Program-made: the position numbers and the translations under genes
DNA from: Octopus sinensis
Taxonomy: Eukaryota
DNA: 64,000 nt
Reading direction: 5' to 3'
NCBI RefSeq assembly: GCF_006345805.1
Contig: NC_043017.1
Location: 28,458,001-28,522,000 of the forward strand
Shown: positions 12,115 through 25,433 of the stretch, piece after piece
Layout: every line of letters begins with the position of its first letter
Numbering within the stretch: the first letter of the stretch is position 1
The notes under the pieces: model-generated
Databases searched by the model: none
Seen by the model: only the letters and a program-made list of their open reading frames with translations
Told to the model about the DNA's origin: nothing

Positions 12115-14270
12115 GCTGCGTGTTGAGTTAGTGAATTATTGTGAATTATTAGTGAATTATCGTTTGACGAAGGCGAAGTTTGTTAGTATTGTTGCATTTG
12201 CTGTTCCTTTTTCTCCATTTTGGGTGAAAAGGGTAACATATTTCCTCCAATATGGAGAGCTATGCAAAAGCGGCTGCGGCAAGAAGAGCCGTGTCACTAG
12301 AAGCAAGGCCAATCAATGTGGACAAAGAAGAACTTTTGAGAAGTGAACAGTTTCTAAGAAGGGAGGGAGATAACATCAAATTGATTCCCCACAAAAGAGA
12401 CTACAGAAGATAAAAGTTGCAAAACAGTAATTTACAGGACACAAGCGGTTGCCACCAAAAGGATAGAGAGAGTAACAGAGGAAGAAATTGAGGAGTGCCT
12501 AGGTGAAATTGTTAAAAAGGTATCGTATATTGGCAGAGGAAAAAGATTTGGATCTTTTCGTTTTGAACGGTAGTTTTTAACATAATTTCTAGGTAACTAA
12601 AATATTTTAAACTTCGTATACTGGTAGAATGTGTTTATAAAGCATCTTTTTCTCTTGGCTTTATTGAGAAAATTCTATAGTTTGTAAGATATTTGTTGGT
12701 TTTTTCTTCTTCAATTTCTGCAATTTCAACCAATCACTGACGTCCATTGAGGTAGAAAACATTATGTGCCGTATGAATATGTCCCTCGTTTAAGAAAGAG
12801 ATTGGGTTTATTTAAATTTGTGAATAAAAAAAGATACCCTTCCTCCCACCCCTAACCCTAACTCTAACTAACCCTAACCCTAAAATAGATTGAAATGCAA
12901 TAGATCGATAGTAGGGTCATAATTATGGGTGACAATTTCATATGACATCGCTAGAAAAACTGCCGTTCAAACCGATTTGGTACGGTGGAGGCGGGGTTTG
13001 CCACAATGGAAAAGGCAGTCTCACATTCTGTCACAATTCTGAGAACAGAGAAAATAGCGTAACTACAGGGGAAAACGCAGTGTCAGAATAAGGATATCAA
13101 GAATAATGCCGCCAGAAATCAAGACAGAGTGGTTGGTTGCAGCTGTTCTGGTTTTCAACAGAGGACAACCCTACGCTGGGATCCATAGGAAAGATAGATA
13201 AGTTAAACTGATTGGGGTAAGGTGTCGAAATGTGGCTGGCTGCCACATTTGAAGACATAGAAAGATTCCCCTACCAGTTTGAAATTGAGGAAGAGAATAC
13301 ATTGAATGAGGTGGTAGAGAGACAGTAAGACAAATTGTTACATATACGGCGTGAGAGGCCATATAAGGACCAAGTGCCCTTTATACGAATTCTCACATAA
13401 CAAAAAGGGAAAAGGAACAACGAAAATAATAGATGGAATCACAAACAAAGGAGAAACAGATGAAAATAAAATTGAGGAAAATATACAAACGGAGGAAGAA
13501 AAAATGGAGGAAGATGAGGATTGTACCCAGAAAGGCAAAAAGAAAAAGAAAAGTGAGGAGGAAAGTAACGGTGGGGTCAGCCCCCCCCCCCAAAAAAAAG
13601 GAAAAAATCGAAAGAAAAAAACAGTCAGTAGAACGAAGGAAAGGTAAGGTAGGATGCGAGACTGAGAATGTACAAAAGAGCGGAAAAAGGAAAGCAAAGT
13701 TTGATCGAGGTAAATATCTTGGTAATATACGAAGAAGATGAGGAAGCGGAAAGAATAGTTGCGAAAATGAGGAAACTGGGGAAAGTGAAGTTGCCTGAAG
13801 ACAATTTTGCTGTTAGACGATAGGGGGGCGGGGGGTTGATAGCTTTTTAAAATTAAAGTATTAGAAATTTGAAAAAGAAATTGCTGAAATAGCAAAATTT
13901 TGAGACAAGTTTTTTTTATTACCTGAGATTCGACTCTCGGAAATCGAAAATCAAGAGTTGAAAAAATTAGACTTAAGAGATGAAACTGTGTGTAAAATGT
14001 GAAGATAAAAAAAAAGACAATAGAAATGTGCATTCATTATATGAAAAAGAATAAAAAAAACAGTCGAAGTGTAACCACTCGATTTCAGGGATCGAGTGGG
14101 CATTGCGTCTCATTTTATATTCTTCTCATATTACCATTCGTTTCTATTAATTTTTCTATTCTTATTTCATCTTCTTTTGTATTTGAAGTTTCCCGAGTTT
14201 GTCTTTGTATATGTTTGTCTTGTAATTGGATTATTCTGTATGTAGGCCCTTGTGGGTAATAAAAGAAATA
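12115..14270 (+). mobile_element. L1/Tx1-like non-LTR element with decayed ORF1 only (HAL1-like), 20-bp TSD
   Basis: ATG at 12252: MESYAKAAAARRA...KKVSYIGRGKRF|GTVEAGFAT...PPEIKTEWLVAAV...CYIYGVRGHIRTKC (degenerate CCHC knuckle), then a K/E-rich tail. TSD gatcccgatatctaatcagt (12095-12114) and gatcccaaaatctaatcagt (14271-14290). No RT domain seen. Confidence 0.7.
12550..12975 (-). mobile_element. Merlin-like MITE inserted in the L1-like ORF1
   Basis: TIR ggatcttttcg.tttgaacgg.agtttt, reversed relative to 37994, 49222 and 58268. Right end truncated. The host reading frame GKRF|GTVE resumes across it. Confidence 0.85.
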
Positions 14271-14434
14271 GATCCCAAAATCTAATCAGTTCATCCCAGT
14301 CACGAGGTCAAGAATCCCTGGAAGTTTCATCCTGATCCATTCAACCGTTCTTGAGATATCTTGTCCACAAACAAACAAAAACGACTGAAAACATTCCTCT
14401 AATTTCGCTGAGGCGGAGGTTAGGGTTAGGGAGG

Positions 14435-14830
14435 TTATTTGGTGTCAACTCTGTAATCACAGGGAAGTGCAAATCTATGAACTTTGGTTATTTTGCCCTC
14501 TATAATCTATAATCTATTTTTTCTTCTATATCCATATCTGATCCTCTTGCCCCAACAGTATGGTCAGTCCTTATGGGAAGGTCTCTAAAAATCCTATAAT
14601 TCTCCTTTTCTACGGAAGGTTCTGATTTGTGTTCATACCATTTTTCTATAATTTTGAAACCACTCACTCATCTAATCCCAAACACTTCTTTACCGTTATA
14701 GACCTGCCAGCGCTTATACTCTTTATATTTATTTTGTTCATGTTCAAGAGATGACCAATACTTTCTTCACCTTTTCCATATTCTATATTTGCTGTCTTAC
14801 TGAACTTTGTTAATTTTTATCTTTATCAGA
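14435..14830 (-). mobile_element. R4/Dong-like RLE LINE fragment, decayed
   Basis: Minus strand: GKGEESIGHL...KEYKRW...EKWYEHKSEPSVEKENYRIFRDLPIRTDHTVGARGSD...ALPCDYRVDTK, the zinc-knuckle and restriction-like endonuclease region of R4-clade elements. Confidence 0.75.
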
Positions 14831-14916
14831 TTTGCTCTCCTAGCTTCTGGGTGGGTGGTTTATCAGGGTTTAACCTTGATCGCTTCAGTTTTCTCTCTTG
14901 TGATAAAAAATTAAGC

Positions 14917-15922
14917 ATGGCCGCCCCTCTAGCAGTGCGCACCAAAGAAGAACAGAGATCTATAATTCGATTTTCCTAGCCTGAAGGTGTGTCAGCGCTG
15001 AAATTTATCGTGGGCTATGAGTACAATGCAGGGCCGTTGATGTTTGTATGAGCAGATCGACAAATTCAAAATGGTCGGACAAGCGTGAAGCATGAAGAGG
15101 GAGCAGGACACCCACCCACACCCAACACTGATGTGAAGTTTCAACAAGCTCAAGTAATGGGTCTGATGAACAGACGAGCGAGTAGGAAGCATGTTTTTCT
15201 GCAAATTAGTCCTGGTTCTTCATACGAAATCATCCTCGACAAGCTTAGCTTCCGTAAAGTCTGAGCGAAATATCTATCAATAAAGCTGTCAACATTTTCT
15301 TCATCACTACAATGTTGAAGGCAAAGCTTTGTTTTCTTTTTGTTTTTCTTTGAGAGTTACAGAAGATAATTCTTTGAACCAGAATCCAAAAGGCAAGCTA
15401 TCAAGTGTTATCTCCCGGTATCGCCATTAAGAAAGGAATTCAAGACTGAAACTTCTGCAGAAAAAGTCATGCTAACCGATATGTGGTACAAACAAAAAGG
15501 GGGCCTATACAGGAACATTACATGGAAAAAATGTCTGCAGACACAACCGTGGCCTACAATAAAATGGTAACCAATAAACGGAAATTAGCAATCCGCACCA
15601 AATGCCGAAGTCTATTGTCATATCGAATGTTAATGTTGCATGATAATGCACGTCTATATACAGCATGCCACCCAGCTGAAACAATTGAAATAGGATTTCG
15701 ACTTGCTGGTGGGATACTCTACATAGAGTCTAGTACTTGTCTCGACTATAACCTCCTCCTACCGCTTAAACATCTTTTACCGAGTCGGCAATCTTCTACA
15801 GTCGTAGAACTCCAGGAAGCGGTACATAAATAGTTGCAGAATCAGCGCAAATCTTCTGTAATGGAATCAAGCTTACAGACCCCTGGAAGCAGTGTATCGA
15901 AAAGCAAGGAGACTATGTCGAA
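14917..15922 (+). pseudogene. Decayed mariner transposase
   Basis: MAAPLAVRTKEEQRSIIRF...NGRTSVKHEEGAGHP...LQISPGSSYEIILDKLSFRKV...EPESKRQ...KVMLT...MLMLHDNARLYTA...WKQCIEKQGDYVE, with many stops and frameshifts. No TIRs recognised. Confidence 0.9.
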
Positions 15923-16343
15923 TTATGATGTAATTGTTCAATCTCTGCTTTTGTATTAGGCTGCACCATAATGAAGTACATGAAAATAAAAGAGAAACCA
16001 CGATAAAAAATGTTCTATGTGTAAATGAGACAGGGTTATTCCTTATATTTTCTTACTTAGTCATGGTATATAAGCCTGGACGAATGCTGGATCGTGCACA
16101 ATATGCTATACAAGCTTGTCAGAAGACTGTATTTTCCAGAACACTGCACTTGAAATATTTCACGTATAACACCATTGTTTGTTAAATGATATTTACTGCC
16201 TATTGAACTGAGTGCTTTTATGCTAAACCAGTCACCCAGCAAACTGCACACTATATATCTAAGTACATATATACAATTAATAAGTGCATACATATATAAA
16301 TACACATATATACATTAATGTATACTAATACCTTTGCATATAT

Positions 16344-16389
<46 letters not shown>

Positions 16390-16592
16390 GCACATATTTA
16401 TTCATTAATGCATATATATGTATATATATTGAATTTGAAGACTCCACTAGAGTAGACGAAAGCGCTATAATATGATATAGGATTTATAAAAACATGTAAC
16501 ATACTAATGAATATCTGTAAATATAAAACCATCCAAATTTCTGAATACGTCATTTCTTCTAATATATAGTACATGTACATCATCTCCAAACC

Positions 16593-16649
<57 letters not shown>

Positions 16650-16661
16650 ATATATTATATA

Positions 16662-16709
<48 letters not shown>

Positions 16710-16834
16710 TATTTTTGTAGTAATAGTAATGGTAACTATTTGGCTGTTATTTCTAATATTTTCGGTATGCAGTTTAAGCAACCTGTTGCAAATAACCCTT
16801 TATTATCATTATATATATATATATATATCGCCAG

Positions 16835-17047
16835 ATCGCCATGTTGATTCGTTAGTTACTGCACGCATTTTTTTTCTCTCCTTCTTTCTGTGTTTTTTTT
16901 CTCTCTGTGTATCTTTCTGTTAAAAGAGCGTAGGCTCGAAACGTTAAAGAATTGTTTTATTTATATTTCCTGAGCGCCATACTAATACAATTGTTTGTTT
17001 GTTTTCCACCTGCCTTCGTCTTTTGTCTATTTTCATAAAGCTTCCCG

Positions 17048-17089
<42 letters not shown>

Positions 17090-17284
17090 CGGGAAGAGTT
17101 TACGAAAAAAACAAAAGACGAAGACAGGTGGTGTACGAAACAAAAAGATGTATTATTATAACGCTGAAATATAGAAAAAGTCTTTTACGTTTCGAGCCTA
17201 CGCTCTTCTACAGAAAGCGCCACAGAGATCCAGAATAAAACAAGGAGAGAAAAAATGCGTGTAGTGGCCACCGATCTATCATGG

Positions 17285-17288
<4 letters not shown>
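16835..17288. mobile_element. Inverted pair of Penelope-like terminal fragments around a central (TA)n
   Basis: Arms 16835-17049 and 17088-17288 are diverged reverse complements. Each carries a gagcgtaggctcgaaacgt hammerhead-like motif. Confidence 0.6.
17182..17217 (-). ncRNA. Minimal hammerhead-like motif (A6U core variant, ACGU in place of stem III)
   Basis: CUUU CUGUAGA A GAGC-GUAG-GCUC GAA ACGU A AAAG. Stems I and II pair. Confidence 0.45.
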
Positions 17289-17328
<40 letters not shown>

Positions 17329-17909
17329 GGGAAATGGGAAAGAGTTACGAAAAGAAATTCGAAAACATTTTCTGGTTATAGAATTTCTTCTTACTTAGTC
17401 ACAGTGTTCTTGGCGAATAGGTTACTTGTACACAGCATATAATGGAAAAGGTGGGAAAAACAAAGAAAATAGTGAAAGTCACGCCAGAGAGCGCTGAACA
17501 GAGAGAGAGAAAGAGTGTGTGAAAGAGAGAGAGAGAGATGATGAGGGATAGAGAGATAGGTGGTGAACACAAAAGAAAGAAATTAGAGAGTAAAAAGATT
17601 ACAATCGTGTGAGAAAATATAACAAAAAGGCAGCGAAACGAACTAAATTTAAAATAACTATTCTATAATATGTCGCTATTAGGTATATATATAAGGATTT
17701 CAGAAATAGTAAATGGCAGAAATCTTATAACCATTCTCTGTGATTAGATTGTGAATCTTTAATATGATTTTCTGTTGAAAAGTTCGGAGTTAATTTCGAG
17801 TCTCCATAAATGAATTTAGCCTTTTTACAAATTAACAATAAATCCGACATTTTCTCACAGACAATGTTACAGACAGAGATGTGGAGAGAAATGGTTTGGA
17901 TGTGTTCGT

Positions 17910-17912
17910 ATT

Positions 17913-17946
<34 letters not shown>

Positions 17947-18051
17947 TGCATGTGTGCATATATATAAATATATATATGTATATATATATATACATATATA
18001 CACACATATATATATATATACATATATGTTTGTATTCATATATATATTTAC

Positions 18052-18082
<31 letters not shown>

Positions 18083-18470
18083 CATATACATATATATTTA
18101 CATCTATATATATACATATATATTTACATCTATATATATACATATACATATACATATATACGCATATACATATATACACATATACATACATATGTATATA
18201 TATATACATATGTATATATACAAATGTATATATATATATACATATGTATATATATATATACATATGTATATATATATATACATATGTATATATATACATA
18301 TGTATATATATATATACATATGTATATATATATACATATATATATATACATATACATACATATATATACACATATATATATACATATATACACATATATA
18401 TACATATATACATATATATACATATATATACATTCATATCTATCTATCTATCTATATATATATCTATCTA

Positions 18471-18509
<39 letters not shown>

Positions 18510-18510
18510 T
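17910..18510. repeat. (TA)n/(TATATACATATG)-type micro/minisatellite
   Basis: Direct reading. Confidence 0.95.
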
Positions 18511-19129
18511 TGCATATTTATAAATATTTGATTTTGCATGTGTGTGTAAATATGGATATATGTAGGTATGTGTTATGCATGTCTATAGATGTCTATGGTT
18601 TTCTGCTTTTAATGGTACGTCTGTGTCTTACGCATCAAAACATGCATACATACATGCATACATATATGTACACGAATACACACGCGAGCATACACACATA
18701 CATACTTACCTATATACATGCTCTATTTAAACGTGTACTCATAGGTAGAAACACCGTTGTGCTTCTATACACAAACTATACACACGGACACGCACCCATA
18801 AATGTATATCGTGTGTGTACGTGAGAGAGAGGTGGGAGAAAGAGATACACATAAGTAGTTCAATATGTTATATAAATATACACACACATATATATGTGTG
18901 TGTATATATGTATGTATTTACATAAAATACGCTAACGCGCACATAGAGTAGAACCAAGCCTATGTAAGTATATGCATGTTTGTGCTATGGGATGAAGGAA
19001 GGTGTGCGTGTTTGTGTGTATATGTATATATATATATATTCGTAGAAGGTGAATGGATAGAGTGCTGAGCTCAAGCTCATAATGTCGTGGGTTCGATACT
19101 GAATAGTATATTTTATCCTGGGCCAGGAA

Positions 19130-19637
19130 CTTCATTTTGTATTTCTGACATGCATAAGATCTGGTCATCAAATCTAAGTAGAGACTTCAAACTTGAAATC
19201 TTCAAAGCCACAGTCGAACCAATTCTACTATATGGCTCAGAAACCTGGACGTTATCTAAGAAGCTTGAGAGGCGGTTGGATGGAACCTAAACTCGCCTCC
19301 TTATGAGAGCTCAAAATCTCTCGTGGAAGCGCCATCCAACCAAAATGCAAATATATGGGAAACTACCAGCTGTGTCTTCTCTTGTGAAAGGTAAGAGAGT
19401 CCAGTTTGCTGGACATTGTTGTAGAGCTGAAAAAGAGGTAAGTTCTACTCTTCTCCTCTAGAAGCCATCTACTCGCAATACCAGAGGGCGCACACACTTT
19501 TACCCTGATGTAATCTCCAGGGATACAGGCATCCAGCAACAGGACCTCCGTAATGCCATGATGGACCGTGAAGTCTGGCGTAGCATGGTAAATTCCATTG
19601 TCTCGACCAAGGTCGAACAATGATGATGATGATGATG
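19130..19637 (+). mobile_element. RTE LINE 3' fragment with (GAT)n tail
   Basis: DMHKIWSSNLSRDFKLEIFKATVEPILLYGSETWTLSKKLERRLDGT*TRLLMRAQNLSW...RVQFAGHC...DLRNAMMDREVWRSMV, followed by tgatgatgat. Confidence 0.9.
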
Positions 19638-20055
19638 TATCTCAGTATTCGACACTGCTAAATATGATTTCTGGCCTAAGATTGGTGCATCTCACTTCCT
19701 TCCTAACAGAGACATTTTTAATGCTCGTGGGTGAGGGTCTTTATGTCAACTCACAAATACATTGCTGTCTAAAACAATTACTGAATGCATAGTAAAATCT
19801 ATGAAGACTAACTAATCAGGAACAAACTGTGGCGAAACTTGAGTTCTTAAGGAGAGAACGCAAATCATTTATTCATAAGCTGCAAAAGATCATGATATTT
19901 GGGACTAAAAGAATTTGATTTTAAAGGATGAGGAACAAAACATGATCCTTTCCTTCACAACCTCGTTACTAAAGAGGCGGCCTGTCAAATTTATTTCAAA
20001 TTAAAATGAGAATATATGTGTGTGTATGTAGAATGAGAATATATGTGTGGGTATG

Positions 20056-20362
20056 TGATCACGTGATCACGTGACCGATCAGACCATCAGATGTTGCTAC
20101 ACATCGCTGGTCACAATGCGTTCGCATTGTTTTAGCCTTCGAATGACGACACCCCGCTGGCTAAGCGAGCAGGCCAACAGAAGAAAGAGTGAGAGAAAGA
20201 GTGGTGAAAGAGTACAGCAGGGATCACCACCCCCTGCCGGAGATTCGTGGAGCTTTTAGGTGTTTTCGCTCAATAAACACACACAACGCCCGGTCTGGGA
20301 ATCGAAACCGCGATCCTACGACCGCGAGTCCGCTGCCCTAACCACTAGGCCATTGCGCCTCC
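20056..20362 (-). mobile_element. SINE family C (tail type i, ends in GATCACGT repeats)
   Basis: Head ggaggcgcaatggcctagtggttagggcagcgg...gtttcgattccc. The tail differs from other C copies. Confidence 0.9.
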
Positions 20363-20573
20363 GTGTGTGTATGTAGAAAGCGTTAGGCTGTTTACCAAAA
20401 CGGGCAAACAATATTTCGGCATTTCTTCCAGATTTAAGCTTTGAGTACAGATGCCACCGAGGTCGACTTCTTTCATCCTTTAGGGGATCGATGAAATATG
20501 TACCAGTTTGATACTGGGGTCGATGTAATCGGCTATCACACTTCTCCCAAAGTGAGTGACTTGAACGATATCA

Positions 20574-20975
20574 TATAGGCGCAGGAGTGGCTGTGTGGTA
20601 AGTAGCTTGTTTACCAACCACATGGTTCCGGGTTCAGTCCCACTGCGTGGCACCTTGGGTAAGTGTCTTCTACAATAGCCTCGGGCCGACGAAAGCCTTG
20701 TGAGTGGATTTGGTAGATGGAAACTGAAAGAAGCCCGTCGTATATATGTATATATATATATGTGTGTGTGTGTTTGTGTGTCTGTGTTTGTCCCCCTAGC
20801 ATTGTTTGACAACCGATGCTGGTGTGTTTATGTCCCCGTCACTTAGCGGCTCGGCAAAAGAGACCGATAGAATAAGTACTGGGCTTACAAAGAATAAGTG
20901 CCGGGGTCGAGTTGCTCGATTAAAGGTGGTGCTCCAGCATGGCCGCAGTCAAATGACTGAAACAAGTAAGAGAGT
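20574..20975 (+). mobile_element. Full-length SINE family B
   Basis: ataggcgcaggagtggctgtgtggtaag...gggttcagtccc...internal (TA)(TG) run...ccagcatggccgcagtcaaatgactgaaacaagtaagagag. Confidence 0.9.
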
Positions 20976-21463
20976 AATCCGTACTAACATAGTTTTTGTG
21001 AATTTTCACAAAATTTTTTTAGCTGTTTTATTCCTTACTTTATTTTTATAACAGTTTATCTTTATTTGAATTTTTATCTGAATTATGGCTTGTACTGTAG
21101 AGTCCATAAAACCAATTTAAACATACCTATTTTACACATACTTAAAGGTTTTAAAAAATTAAAATATAGTTTATTGTACTGAACGTGGATAAAGTGATAT
21201 AAAGGCCTGATGATTGGTGTCACATTTTAAGAAGTGATCCAGGAAAACACCGAGTGGTTTAGGAACCCGAGGATGTACCTTATGAAACACGTGTCGCCAA
21301 GTAATAAAACAGTAGATATTTAAAATAAAAATAAAAATTATTTTTATGTGGTGAGATGTAAGGGGCTACTATCTCTAAATTAAAATATATTTCTTCATTG
21401 ACAATAATTTGAACCTCTGTTATGCCGGAATTTTTATTCCCTAACAAATAAAATTTATATATA

Positions 21464-21515
<52 letters not shown>

Positions 21516-21521
21516 AGGTAT

Positions 21522-21556
<35 letters not shown>

Positions 21557-22091
21557 CATACATACATACATACATACATACATACATACATACATACATA
21601 CATACACACATTCTCCACTACAACATTAGAACTGCTGGCATTCGTTTTTCCTCTCTCTGGATTACTGCCTAACCATTGCTTTCTCTTCTCGCATTACAGT
21701 GTGTTATCTAACCATATATATACATGAGTGTGTGTATGTATGACTTCTGTCATCTGCTGGTGCACTCTGGCACACTCTTGCACAGCTCTAGATCACTGTC
21801 GCCTTATAAAATTTGTTCGTTAGAAGTCAGTCATCATTTAGCAATTTCCTGAGAAAGGGATATACAGAGGATGGTGTGTTTACCACGAATCGTAACATTA
21901 GGCAATGCGCTCGACTGCGTGCTACGTAGAGAGAGGTACAAGAAGAGGTTAATTTCGAATGATAGTTCATTTAATGATTACGGACACACGAAAGACAAAG
22001 CTGACATTGGCAAGATTTGAACTAATCGGAACAAAAAAGCAATTCGTTGTTCTTTATAACTATTTAACGAGAACGACAATTCACTTATCTA

Positions 22092-22154
<63 letters not shown>

Positions 22155-23019
22155 TATATATATATATATATATATATAGTATATATATATATATATACAT
22201 ACATATATATATATGTGTGTGTGTTAGTGTGTGTTTATGTATGTGTGTGTACACGTATGTGTTCTACATCCGACATATGCACACATTCATGTACACGTTG
22301 TTGGGCTGTTTAACAAGTTGTTACTTTCTTAAAATTAAGTATGCCGTTTACATTCATTTAATTGTGACTTCTAGTTAAATGCTTCCCAGAATGTTCTAAC
22401 GATTATGTCTATCAACAGCTCACTGTCGTTTTCATAATGTATTCCATCTCATTCATTTTCTCTATCTTATATATATATATATATAATATATATATATATA
22501 TACATACTTTATGTGTACGTGATGTGTATGTGTATAAATCCTTCCCATTATTATTCAGAACTGTACGAGTAGCAAACTCCAAAAACAAGACGTTGGTTTA
22601 AATGCAGTTTCTAAAAAGCTAAATTCATTTATCAGAACTTGAAATTACCTTCGAAAATGTCAACTGAAAATCATATTAAAGATTCCCAATCTAATCAGTA
22701 AGGAAGGTTATAAGATTTCTGCTATTTATTATTCCTCAAATTTTGTGTATATGTCTGAAAATGTGAAATATAATAACATACCTATTATATATTCACTGCT
22801 TCTCATTACCTACATTTCGTGCAGTTTCTCGTATCATATTTCCTACCTTCCTGCAGTCCTCATTAATCCTTGTGTCTATATATATATCCCCCATCCCTTT
22901 GACGCCGAATTAACCTCTTTTATTCCACGACGTAGTATGAATGTAAGTAAGAGTATGCACTTATGTTTACGTGGTGTATGTGCTCTTGTATGTGCATGTA
23001 TATAGACATGCACATACAG

Positions 23020-23051
<32 letters not shown>

Positions 23052-23346
23052 TAATAGATATTATATTATACATACATATATATATATATATATACATTCG
23101 TCTGGTGGACGAATGGCCTGTTTAGGCCATCCTAAATTGGTATATATATATATATATATATATATACATACAATATATATTATATATATATACATACATA
23201 TATACATACCATATATATATATCATACATACATATTATAAATATATAACATATATATATATATAATATACATAAATCATATATATATATATACATACATA
23301 TAGTATATATATATATACATACATATATATATATATATATACATAT

Positions 23347-23382
<36 letters not shown>

Positions 23383-23387
23383 CATAC

Positions 23388-23420
<33 letters not shown>

Positions 23421-23465
23421 ATATATATACATACATAGATATATATATTATTTATTTATAGAAGG

Positions 23466-23517
23466 AGCTTCTACAGGACTAGAACTGTTTCATTCAAATG
23501 AAATCAATCAGGAAGCT
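23466..23517 (-). ncRNA. Hammerhead copy of the 26245 family (1-nt insertion in core)
   Basis: Reverse complement of 26245-26295, but reads CUGAUUGA. Confidence 0.45.
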
Positions 23518-24048
23518 TGGTGACAAGAATAGTTTTGGCATCTATACAGTTAGGCAGATTTAAAGTGGTGGTGGTGGGGGACTTTTTGGGGTCGGCATGG
23601 CGCAGACTGTCTTTCTTAGGGGAGTGGTCAAAAGAATCAGTGATAAAGTAGATAAAAGAATAAATAGAATAAATAGAATAATAGAATAGAGTGCCGGCCT
23701 GGTGGGTCGAGGTCAAAATAAAAATAGAATAAAATAGAATAGGGGAGGAAATGTGTGTGTGTGTGTGTGCATGTATATATATATGTATATATATATATGT
23801 GTGTATGTGTGTGTGTGTGTGTATATATTTGTGTATATATATATATATGTGAGCGTGTGTGTATGGGGGTGTATATTCTTTTTTTATATATATGTGTGTA
23901 GATATGTGTGCGTGTGCTTGCATGTTGGCATGTATGTGTGTGTGTATTTGTGTATATATATATATATATATATATGTGAGTGTATGGATATATGTATGTG
24001 TGTATGTATGAGTATGTGTATGGGTGTGTACGTATATTATGTATATGG

Positions 24049-24088
<40 letters not shown>

Positions 24089-25380
24089 ATAAAAGAATAC
24101 GTGCATACATGTATATATATGTGTGTGTGTTAGTGTGGTGTTTATGTATGTGTGTGTACACGTAGTGTTCTACATTCCGACATTGCACACATTCATGTAC
24201 ACTTGTTGGGCTGTTTAACAAGTTGTTACTTTCTTAAAATTAAGTATGCCGTTTACATTCATTTAATTGTGACTTCTAGTTAAATGCTTCCCCAATGTTC
24301 TAACGATTATGTCTATCAACAGCTCACTGTCGTTTTCATAATGTATTCCATCTCATTCATTTTCTCTATCTTATATATATAATATATATATATATATTAT
24401 ATATATATACATATTTATGTGTACGGATGTGTATGTGTATAAATCCTTCCATTATTTTCAGAACTGTACGAGTAGCAACTCCAAAAACAAGACGTTGGTT
24501 TAAATGCAGTTTCTAAAAAGCTAAATTCATTATCAGAACTTGAAATTACCTTCGAAAATGTCAACTGAAAATCATATTAAAGATTCCCAATCTAATCAGT
24601 AAGGAAGGTTATAAGATTTCTGCTATTTATTATTCCTCAATTTTGTGTATATGTCTGAAAATGTGAAATATAATAACATACCTATTATAATATTCACTGC
24701 TTCTCATTACCTACATTTCGTGCAGTTTCTCGTATCTATTTTCCTACCTTCCTGCAGTCCTCATTAATCCTTGTGTCTATATATATATCCCCCATCCCTT
24801 TGACGCCGAATTAACCTCTTTTATTCCACGACGTAAGTATGAATGTAAGTAAGTATGTATGCACTTATGTTTACGTGTGTGTATGTGCTCTTGTTGTGCA
24901 TGTATATAGACATGCACATACAGAATATATATATATATATATATATATATAGTATATATATATATATATATACATACATATATATATATATATATACATT
25001 CTCTGGTGACGAATGGCCTGTTTAGGCCATTCCTAATTGTTTATATATATATATATATACAATATATACATACATATATATATATATATATACATACTAT
25101 ATACATACATATATATATATATATACATACATATATTTATATAATATACATACATATATATATATAGATATATCATACATATATATATATATATACATAC
25201 ATATATATAATATATATATATACAATACATACCAATATAATATATATATATATATACATATTATATATATTATACATATATATATATTATATATACATAC
25301 AGATATATATATAACCTATATAATATATATATATATATATCCATCATCTATATATATATATATCTTTATTATATAGAAGG

Positions 25381-25433
25381 AGCTTCTACAGGACTAGAAT
25401 GTTTTTTCATTCAAATGAAATCATCAGGAAGCT
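25381..25433 (-). ncRNA. Hammerhead copy of the 26245 family (indels at stem III)
   Basis: Core CUGAUGA intact. GAAAAAACA replaces GAAACAG. Confidence 0.4.

Larger units (their letters stand above)
11886..14422 (+). mobile_element. Second HINE/Helentron-like element (11886-12114 plus 14291-14422), split by a LINE insertion
   Basis: 5' aacaagggcactcagagcacgcaaagctccgccaagg and 3' ...ctgaggcggaggt carry the complementary ctccgcc/ggcggag subterminal motif. The two halves join across the 20-bp TSD. Confidence 0.55.

Noticed and set aside
17725-18824. Long ORFs of YI/HT/CV repeats (also at 23-26 kb, 33 kb, 40.7 kb, 51.6-52.8 kb, 55.3 kb, 60.7 kb)
   Set aside because: They are translations of (TA)n, (CA)n and (TG)n microsatellites, which lack stop codons. 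No domain content.
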